64,000 bases of DNA from an uncultured Chloroflexia bacterium (lineage in GTDB: Bacteria; Chloroflexota; Dehalococcoidia; Dehalococcoidales; UBA2162), in the NCBI GenBank assembly GCA_963735055.1, contig CAVTJN010000019.1, positions 329,547 through 393,546 on the forward strand, read 5' to 3'. The notes under the pieces are model-generated. The model worked only from the letters and a program-made list of their open reading frames with translations, ran no database searches and was not told the origin of the DNA. Shown piece after piece: positions 57,163 through 64,000 of this stretch. Every line of letters starts with the position of its first letter. Position 1 is the stretch's first letter. The position numbers and the translations under genes are program-made.

Positions 57163-58471
57163 ACGAGGGAACGCCGTTGCAGGTCAGGACAGCCATGCCG
57201 GACCGATTCAGAGTAACGTACCCGGGGACGATAAAGATCGTCTTGCCGGTGTCATCCCTCAGGTTCGCCATTTGCCGGGATAGCGTCTCGTCAAACCGCT
57301 GGTAGTCGAGCATGACGGCGGCATCAGTCTCCCCAAGCATGACGCGACCGCACGCGACGAACAGTCCGCCCGGGTCGTCGGCGGGTCCCCAGACGATATC
57401 AACCGGATTACGGGGCGGGGCGAAAGGTGGAATTCTCCCGGTAAGGACCTCGATCAGTCTTCGCTGCGCGTCAGGAGAGAGGGTTGGCAATTCAAGGCCG
57501 TAGTCCTGGGCAGCGTCACTTCCTGATACCGCGCCGCCCCCGGACTCGCACAACAGGGCAACGCGCCTACCCCGCGGATATACCGGAGCACTGAACCCCG
57601 CCATGAGATCCAGAAGATCATCCAGATCATGGGCCTGGATCAACCCGGCCTGGGTCGCAACAGCGTCGAACACCATGGCATCTCCCGCGAGCGAACCTGT
57701 ATGCGAAGCAGCCGCCCGGCCGCCGATCGCCGAACGCCCGGACTTCCAGATGATCACCGGCTTTGTTCTACCGGCGTCCTTGACCGCCCTCAGGAAGTCG
57801 CGGCCGCGTTTGATCCCCTCGGCATAGATGGCAATCACGCGGGTCTGTCTATCATCGGCCAAGTACTCGATCATATCCTCTATCGTCAGATCACTCTGGT
57901 TCCCAATACTGATGATCTTGCTGAAACGTAGGCCTCGTTCCCTGCCTAGCACGACGACATTCTCGGTTACCCATCCGCTCTGGCCGACAAAGGCAACCAC
58001 GCCCGGCTCGCCAGCGGGTGACCCGTAAACGATGGTGTTGATTCGGGATCCGGGCACGTAGATGCCCATGCAGTTGGGACCAACAATTCGTGAATCCCCG
58101 GACCGAACCATCCGGATCATTTCCCGTTCCAGACGGTTGCCTTCAGCACCAAGTTCGGCAAAGCCGGCGCTGTGGACAATGATGTATTTCACTTTCCGCT
58201 GGCAGCACTCAGCGACGACCTTGGGCACCAACGGCGAAGGTACCGCCACTATCGCCAGGTCGATGCCGTCAGGGACATCGGCCATGCTCGGAAGACACTT
58301 GATGCCCATGACATCGGAGGCGTTCGGATTCACCGGGTAAATGACCCCATCGTAGCCACTGTCCCGCAAGCCTTTGACGAAACGCCCTCCTGCCTTATGC
58401 GTATCTCCGGAAGCGCCGATGACAGCGATGGACGAGGGGGCAAAAAGTCGATCCATGTTTACTCTGGCCAA
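57092..58471 (-). CDS. ADP-forming acyl/acetyl-CoA synthetase alpha subunit (CoA-binding plus SCS-like domains)
   Basis: ..PSSIAVIGASGDTHKAGG..VNP.. ..GPNCMG.. 459 aa. Confidence 0.8.
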   Translation of the reverse strand: MARVNMDRLFAPSSIAVIGASGDTHKAGGRFVKGLRDSGYDGVIYPVNPNASDVMGIKCLPSMADVPDGIDLAIVAVPSPLVPKVVAECCQRKVKYIIVHSAGFAELGAEGNRLEREMIRMVRSGDSRIVGPNCMGIYVPGSRINTIVYGSPAGEPGVVAFVGQSGWVTENVVVLGRERGLRFSKIISIGNQSDLTIEDMIEYLADDRQTRVIAIYAEGIKRGRDFLRAVKDAGRTKPVIIWKSGRSAIGGRAAASHTGSLAGDAMVFDAVATQAGLIQAHDLDDLLDLMAGFSAPVYPRGRRVALLCESGGGAVSGSDAAQDYGLELPTLSPDAQRRLIEVLTGRIPPFAPPRNPVDIVWGPADDPGGLFVACGRVMLGETDAAVMLDYQRFDETLSRQMANLRDDTGKTIFIVPGYVTLNRSGMAVLTCNGVPSFTSPRRALKVLSEVARYALAVRE

Positions 58472-58558
58472 TCTGTGCTCCTTTCGACCGGTGTCGCGAG
58501 TGCAAAGCCATTATAGACGATCACCCGTCACCGGGCCATCATCGTCGCGGTACGTCCG

Positions 58559-58738
58559 ATGGGGCCGGCTCCCTCGCCGAAACGAGACAAACGCCATAAT
58601 ATCAGTAGTGTGGACAACGTATCGGTGTTCCTCGCTTTTGGCTACGGAATACTCTGTTTCGTGTCGCCCTGCATCCTGGTAGCGGCTGGCATCCTCTTCA
58701 TCACGGAGCGGATTCTTTGGTTATTGGGCGTGACATAG
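58559..58738 (+). CDS. 59-aa ORF with CcdA/DsbD-like first TM segment (possible ccdA remnant)
   Basis: MGPAPSPKRDKRHNISSVDNVSVFLAFGYGILCFVSPCILVAAGILFITERILWLLGVT. Lies immediately upstream of the TlpA-like gene and is below the ORF-track cut-off. Confidence 0.3.
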   Translation: MGPAPSPKRDKRHNISSVDNVSVFLAFGYGILCFVSPCILVAAGILFITERILWLLGVT

Positions 58739-58789
58739 GGTAGAATACCTGTTAGGGATTGAGTCTGCGTAGAGTCCCAACAGGGAAAG

Positions 58790-59329
58790 ATGAAACGCCG
58801 TAGAGTCTTATTGATGTTGCTGGCGATGGTCCTGGCCACAGCATTGGCCGGGTCTTCCTGTGCCCCTCCCCAGACTGCTGCTTCTGAAAGACTGCCCGTA
58901 ACGGGCTGGCAGATCGGCAACGTTGCCCCTGACTTCACCCTGGCCGACCCTGACGGCAAGTCGATCTCTCTGACTGACTATCGAGGCAAGCCGGTCGTGA
59001 TAAATTTCTGGGCCACATGGTGCCCATCATGCGTAGCAGAGATGCCCTATCTTCAACAGATGTACAACCAGCAGTCAAGCAAAGGCCTGACGTTCTTTGC
59101 CGTGAACATTCAGGAGAACCCGGCCAAGGTAAGGGACTTCTTCTCCAAATACGCCCTGTCTCTGCCTGTACTTTTTGACTTCACGGGCAATACCTCCAGC
59201 AAGTACGGGGTGAGCTCGATACCGAGCACATTCTTCATCGACGGCAATGGAGTAATCATACGGAAGGTGGTCGGGGCGTTTCCGAACGTTAAGGCGATAG
59301 AAACGGAGCTGCGCAGTATCATGCCGTGA
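58790..59329 (+). CDS. TlpA/ResA-like exported thiol-disulfide oxidoreductase
   Basis: Signal peptide and WATWCPSC active site. Confidence 0.85.
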   Translation: MKRRRVLLMLLAMVLATALAGSSCAPPQTAASERLPVTGWQIGNVAPDFTLADPDGKSISLTDYRGKPVVINFWATWCPSCVAEMPYLQQMYNQQSSKGLTFFAVNIQENPAKVRDFFSKYALSLPVLFDFTGNTSSKYGVSSIPSTFFIDGNGVIIRKVVGAFPNVKAIETELRSIMP

Positions 59330-59382
59330 CGACGGGACCGGTAGCTTCAAAGCGCCTGATACCCTGGATCAAGGAGTTCAAA

Positions 59383-59688
59383 ATGGGTGATGTTCTGAAT
59401 GAAGCCTACCGCATAATGCAGTGTAAGGACTGCCCGTGGTATAAATCGTGCGTCACGCCGATGAAGTTCTCGGCTGAGGACCTCCGCCGGCAATTGGAGG
59501 CTTCGGGTCAGGGAATGGGTGCCGGTGCGTCAAACGACAACATGCAGAGTCTATTCGCGGGAATGGCTACCGCGGCACAGAATTCATTGCTCGAGGGCTG
59601 CCCGGTCTTCATCGAACGTTTACGAGCCAGCCCTGAACTCGCCCAGCGAATAAAGGAGTTCATGCGCAACTGGGCCAAAGAGGGCTGA
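59383..59688 (+). CDS. Hypothetical Cys-containing small protein (101 aa)
   Basis: MGDVLNEAYRIMQCKDCPWYKSCVTP...EGCPVF.. ATG after AAGGAG. The stop lies 1 nt before the next start. Confidence 0.5.
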   Translation: MGDVLNEAYRIMQCKDCPWYKSCVTPMKFSAEDLRRQLEASGQGMGAGASNDNMQSLFAGMATAAQNSLLEGCPVFIERLRASPELAQRIKEFMRNWAKEG

Positions 59689-59689
59689 T

Positions 59690-61252
59690 ATGTCAGAAGA
59701 TACCGCCATCAAGGCACGACAACTGGCGGAACTCGGCGCCCGCCGTGAAGCCGCCGAAGGTATGGGCGGACCGGAACGAATTGCCGCCCAACAGAAACGG
59801 GGCAAACTGACGGCTCGAGAACGGGTGGACCGGTTGCTCGACAAGGGGACCTTCCGCGAAATCGGTCTCTTCGCCAAGAGCCGGGGCGCCATCAACGAGA
59901 TTCCGGCCGACGCCGTGATAGCCGGGTACGGCAGAATCGGCGGCAGGAAAACGTACGTTTACGCCCAGGACTTCACCAGCAGCGGCGGTACGCTGTCGGA
60001 GATACATGCGCTCAAGATATGCCGTGTCCTGGACCGGGCCCAGAAAGAAGGAAGACCGGTCGTTGGACTGAATGACTCGGGTGGTGCCAGGATTCAGGAC
60101 GGAGTGGATGCCTTGGCCGGCTACGGCCAGATCTTCTTCCGCAATACCCAGGCTTCGGGAGTGATCCCTCAAATATGTGCTATCCTGGGGCCGACCGCGG
60201 GGGGGGGCGTTTATTCACCGGCCCTCATGGACTTCGTCTTCATGGTGAAAGGCATCAGCAACGCTTTCATCACCGGCCCACGCGTGGTCAAAGCCGTAAC
60301 TGGGCAGGACGTCAGCGAGGAAGATCTCGGAGGAGCGATCGCCGCGCAGAAAAAGGCAGGCGTAGTCTGCCGATCGGAGGATACTGAGACCGAGTGCTTT
60401 GACAGCATTCGAGAATTGCTCGGCTATCTGCCATCGAGCAACCGGGAGAGCCCTCCGCGGGTAGACTGGGGAGACTCGCCTGACCGCCGGGACGCTTCCC
60501 TCTTCGACCTCGTTCCGGCTAACCCGCGGCTACCGTACGATATTCACAGGATAATCGAAAGCGTATTCGACCAGAGAAAAGGTGGCAATAACTATTTCGA
60601 GCTCTTTCCCATTTTCGCCACCAACATAGTAACCTGCTTCTCCAGGCTCAATGGTTGGACGGTCGGCATCATCGCCAACCAGCCCATGGCCAAGGCGGGT
60701 TGTCTGGATGTGGACGCCAGCGACAAGGCTTCCCGGTTCATCAGATTCTGCGATGCCTTCAACATACCAGTGGTGAATCTGGTCGACGTGCCCGGGTACC
60801 TGCCGGGCACCGACCAGGAATGGGGAGGGATCATCCGCCACGGTGCCAAGATGCTCTATGCGTACTCCGAAGCGACCGTGCCCAAGATAACACTGACACT
60901 CCGCAAAGCCTACGGCGGCGCCTACCTTGGCATGTGCAGCAGAGATCTCGGGGCTGACTTCGTCTTCTGCTGGCCGTCCACTGAGCTGGCGGTGATGGGA
61001 GCTGACGGTGCCGCCCCGATCATATTCCGCAGAGAACTCGAAGCCGCGGCAAGCCCCAAAGACCTGCTGGAAGAGAAGGTCCGCGAATATCGGGAGAAGT
61101 TCGCGAACCCCTACCTTCCGGCGGCCCACCTGCACGTTGATGACGTGATCGAGCCATCCGAAACCCGCCAGCGCTTGATCGATGCCCTCGAGATGTCACT
61201 CGACAAGCAAGAAGAGCGGCCGAAGAAGAAGCATGGAATAATGCCAACCTGA
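59690..61252 (+). CDS. Acyl-CoA carboxylase carboxyltransferase subunit (PccB/MmdA family)
   Basis: 520 aa: ..GKLTARERV..GGARIQDG..GPTAGGGVYSPAL.. Confidence 0.9.
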   Translation: MSEDTAIKARQLAELGARREAAEGMGGPERIAAQQKRGKLTARERVDRLLDKGTFREIGLFAKSRGAINEIPADAVIAGYGRIGGRKTYVYAQDFTSSGGTLSEIHALKICRVLDRAQKEGRPVVGLNDSGGARIQDGVDALAGYGQIFFRNTQASGVIPQICAILGPTAGGGVYSPALMDFVFMVKGISNAFITGPRVVKAVTGQDVSEEDLGGAIAAQKKAGVVCRSEDTETECFDSIRELLGYLPSSNRESPPRVDWGDSPDRRDASLFDLVPANPRLPYDIHRIIESVFDQRKGGNNYFELFPIFATNIVTCFSRLNGWTVGIIANQPMAKAGCLDVDASDKASRFIRFCDAFNIPVVNLVDVPGYLPGTDQEWGGIIRHGAKMLYAYSEATVPKITLTLRKAYGGAYLGMCSRDLGADFVFCWPSTELAVMGADGAAPIIFRRELEAAASPKDLLEEKVREYREKFANPYLPAAHLHVDDVIEPSETRQRLIDALEMSLDKQEERPKKKHGIMPT

Positions 61253-61264
61253 CGACCATACTGA

Positions 61265-61332
61265 CGGCCGGAGAACCATTATCACGAGCCCTCCGGGCAG
61301 CAAACCGGCTCGATGGTTTCAGACTCCGGCCG
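61265..61332 (+). other. Long interrupted hairpin in the pccB-holA spacer
   Basis: Three nested stems: CGGCCGGAG/CTCCGGCCG, AACCAT/ATGGTT and CGAGCC/GGCTCG, with two offset 5-nt bulges and a ~16-nt apical loop. Confidence 0.4.
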
Positions 61333-61374
61333 CAGGCACGAGTTGGATTATTCCCGTCGTTCCGGAGGTCTAAG

Positions 61375-62422
61375 TTGCTATACATCCTCGCCGGTCCCGA
61401 CGATTTCTCGTTGACCCGGTCGCTCCAGGAAATCAAGAGCCGACTGGGCGACGCCACGGTTCTTGCCACGTGCACAACCGTCCTCGAAGGCCAGAAGGTG
61501 ACCCTGGATGAGATAAGGAACGCGTGCCAGACGATCCCGTTTCTGGCTGAAAAGCGCCTGGTCATCATCGAGGCCTTGATCGAGCGGTTTGAAAGCGGGG
61601 CCAGGACAGAGCGCCCCACGCGGCAGCCGCGCCGCGCAGCAGCAGGACGCGCGCCCATTTGTGAGTTGTCTCGCCACCATGCCGGAAACCACGGTTGCCG
61701 TCCTGGTTGAACGAGAGATCCCCAATCTCGCGAAGGGCCCCTTCAAGGACCTGGCAGACCGGGCCGAGATCAAGACCTTCCCGCTCCTGAAGGATTCAAA
61801 GCTGACATCATGGGCACAACAGGCGGTGAATCAGTGCGGGGCGAGCATATCCGCGCCAGCTCTGGAGCTGCTTACCCAAATTACCGGGAGCAATCTCCGA
61901 GTGATCGCCAACGAAGTTGACAAGCTCGCGGCGTTCACCAGGGGCCGTCGCATAGAAGCCGGAGACGTGAAACTACTGGTCGGCTACTCTCAGGAAGCGA
62001 GTGTCTTCGCCATGATTGACGCCATCGTCGAGTCTCGAGTTGAAGCGGCAGCCCAAGTGCTCCAGCAGCTACTGCGCCAGGGAGCGGCCCCGGCCTACCT
62101 CTTGTTCATGTTGGATAGGCAGTTCCGCATGATAATCAGGGCGAAAGACATGAGAGCGCAGCGCAGACCGGATAACGAAATCCAGACCAAACTGGGACTG
62201 ATAAACGATTTTGCCTTCCGGCGGACCATGGCCCAAGCGGAACGCTATTCTCTGGCGCGGCTCACCCACATATACCGGAAGCTGCTGGAAGCCGACCTGG
62301 CCACAAAGACGGGGCAACTTGACAGTGAAGTGGCCGTTAACCTGCTAATGGTCGAATTGTGTCATCCTGCGCCCGGCCGACAATTACCAAGGCGAACGGG
62401 ATTGGCCGATGGTGACGACTAG
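61375..62422 (+). pseudogene. holA: DNA polymerase III delta subunit with one +1 frameshift
   Basis: ORF 61375..61710 (MLYILAGPDDFSL..) and ORF 61589..62422 (..VIANEVDKLAAF..) are N- and C-terminal parts in adjacent frames. The switch lies somewhere in 61589-61665. Confidence 0.7.
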
Positions 62423-63386
62423 CGAGCGGCCGGTAATAGGGGTTGACCTGGGCGGAACCAAGATTGCCGCCGCTCTAGTATCGCATTCAGGACAGATACT
62501 GGCCAGAGGGTTGACCCCAACGTTGGCTGCTGACGGACCCGGCCCGGTGATCGAACGCTTGTTCACGGTGATCGACGCCGTCCTCGGGCGAACCGGACTG
62601 AAACCGACGGACACAGCCGGAATCTGCGTTGCCGAAGCCGGCCCGATCGACATGGATGGCGGAATTGTCAGCACGTCGCCCAACTTGCCGGGGTGGGACT
62701 CGGTACCCTTGCGGGACATCATCAGAGACAAATATGAGATTGGCTCTTTCCTCATTAACGACGCCAAGGCCGCGGCTTTGGGCGAACACCAATTTGGGTC
62801 CGGAAGAGGGACCAGTAATATGCTTTGCGTCATGCTGGGAACAGGTATTGGGGTGGGGATTATCATCAACCAGCATCTGTACCTGGGCAGATCGGGGGCG
62901 GCGGGCGAGGGGGGCCACACCACGATTGACGTCAACGGACCGAAGTGCGCCTGTGGTAATGTAGGCTGTTGGGAACTGTTCGCCTCAGGGACGGCGATGG
63001 AGAAGGAGGCAGTCAGGCGGCTGGCGACGGGACAGGCTTCTACGCTGAGCCGATTGGCCGCGACCGGACGGGCGATCACCGCCAAACAGGTAGCAGATGC
63101 GGCCAACAGCGGCGATGCGGTTGCGTCGAGTGTCATCTCGTGGGCAGCCCATTACGTCGGGGTAGGCCTGGTAAATCTCACCAACATCTTTAACCCGGAG
63201 ATGATCGTCATGGGCGGCGGGCTCAGCAGGATCGGAGACCCCTTGCTCGGTCCCGCGGCCAGATTGGTCAACCAGCGGGCCTTTCCGCTCGTTTCGAAGG
63301 CAGTTCGCATCGTCCATTCGACAATTGGCGACGATGCCGGCGTACTCGGCGCGGCCGCCTTCGCCTTGCGTCACGGGAGGTTGTGA
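62409..63386 (+). CDS. ROK-family sugar kinase (glucokinase-like)
   Basis: ..IGVDLGGTKIAAA.. and Zn motif ..GHTTIDVNGPKCACGNVGCWE.. Confidence 0.85.
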   Translation: MVTTSERPVIGVDLGGTKIAAALVSHSGQILARGLTPTLAADGPGPVIERLFTVIDAVLGRTGLKPTDTAGICVAEAGPIDMDGGIVSTSPNLPGWDSVPLRDIIRDKYEIGSFLINDAKAAALGEHQFGSGRGTSNMLCVMLGTGIGVGIIINQHLYLGRSGAAGEGGHTTIDVNGPKCACGNVGCWELFASGTAMEKEAVRRLATGQASTLSRLAATGRAITAKQVADAANSGDAVASSVISWAAHYVGVGLVNLTNIFNPEMIVMGGGLSRIGDPLLGPAARLVNQRAFPLVSKAVRIVHSTIGDDAGVLGAAAFALRHGRL

Positions 63387-63626
63387 GGGCAGCCGCTTGT
63401 CCGGACTGCCACTGCAGGTATTCGGAAGGCAGTTCCTCAAGAACTTGAGCACCGTTTGATAGTGTGCCTGCGGGGTACCTCCGGCCCTCAAGCTTCAGTT
63501 GCACGACCACTGTTCCGATTCGGGTTGATAGCCTTCCGGGCAGACCCGTAACCTTGACAAACACACTCGATAGTCACTAATCTATAGCACTCACACTCTT
63601 CTATCTTCCTGCGAAGGAGCACGGAC

Positions 63627-64000
63627 ATGGCCAAGATCTTTGACGAGATCTCCCGGACTTTCGATGAATACCTCCTCATCCCTAATCTCACGACGAGGGA
63701 TTGCATCCCGAGCAAGATCGACCTTTCAACAACCATCACCAAGTTCAAGACTGATGCTGCTAAGTCTGTTACCATCAATGTGCCTCTTGTGTCAGCCTCG
63801 ATGCAGGCCGTCTCGAATCACACGCTGGCAATCGAACTGGCAAGATGCGGGGGACTGTCTTTCATCTACTCTTCTCAGCCGATCGAAAGGCAAGCAGATA
63901 TGATCAGGAAGGTCAAGGCCTTCAAAGCCGGGTTCGTCACCAGCGACTCCAACTTGAAACCCGACGACACACTAGAAGAACTGCTCCGCCTGAAGGAGAA
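63627..64000 (+). CDS. guaB: IMP dehydrogenase, N-terminal part (3' end outside window)
   Basis: MAKIFDEISRTFDEYLLIPNLTT...VPLVSASMQAVS.. Open to the window end. ATG after AAGGAG. Not in the ORF track because no stop is reached. Confidence 0.8.
   Translation, partial: MAKIFDEISRTFDEYLLIPNLTTRDCIPSKIDLSTTITKFKTDAAKSVTINVPLVSASMQAVSNHTLAIELARCGGLSFIYSSQPIERQADMIRKVKAFKAGFVTSDSNLKPDDTLEELLRLKE

Overview
GC-rich (judged by eye, not computed) chromosomal segment from a strictly anaerobic bacterium. Gene content and synteny look like Chloroflexota/Dehalococcoidia-type genomes, which is an inference and not tested. The window is mostly core metabolism, arranged in tight same-strand operons. In order: the 3' end of a P-type ATPase and a decayed CopB-like ATPase; an orphan ABC substrate-binding lipoprotein; a rhodanese lipoprotein plus MauE/DoxX pair; an esterase; a large uncharacterised membrane protein; tRNA-Arg(UCU) with a hicBA islet; pgk-apgM-tpiA; miaA; a pantothenate operon (DUF2520-panD-panB-panC) with a long structured leader; an oxidative-stress cluster (ferritin-like, flavin reductase, an uncalled rubredoxin, bacterioferritin-like); a roughly 10-kb minus-strand sulfur/selenium block (selD, rrf2-cysK-metB-like, nifS-PurM-like-CoA-binding-mnmA-MOSC-fdhD-nadA); glyA; ruvA/ruvC/yebC; an archaeal-type UDP-GlcNAc cluster (glmM-like, two GlmU-like paralogs, glmS); a 16-kb Wood-Ljungdahl cluster (cooC, fhs, RACo-like activase, cooC/acsF, two folD paralogs, 72-aa ORF, acsD, cooS, acsB, acsC, acsE, DUF3786); then mobA, ADP-forming acyl-CoA synthetase alpha, TlpA-like thioredoxin, carboxyltransferase, holA, ROK kinase and the 5' end of guaB. 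Main observations follow. (1) There are two in-frame UGA codons with downstream hairpins. One is in selD at the canonical position. The other sits exactly at the catalytic-Cys position of an exported rhodanese, so the organism very likely decodes selenocysteine and the rhodanese is a candidate selenoprotein. (2) The tandem FolD paralogs have lost complementary motifs: one lacks the cyclohydrolase Lys/Gln, the other has a degenerate Rossmann motif. (3) Six single-nucleotide frameshifts interrupt conserved genes (copB-like, nadA twice, fdhD, cooS, holA). This reflects either assembly indels or real gene decay. (4) A promoter, a roughly 180-nt leader and an intrinsic terminator precede the pan operon, which looks like a riboswitch or attenuator. 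(5) A 46-bp repeat of the tRNA-Arg 3' half brackets only a hicBA module. No CRISPR array, transposase, integrase or rRNA was seen.
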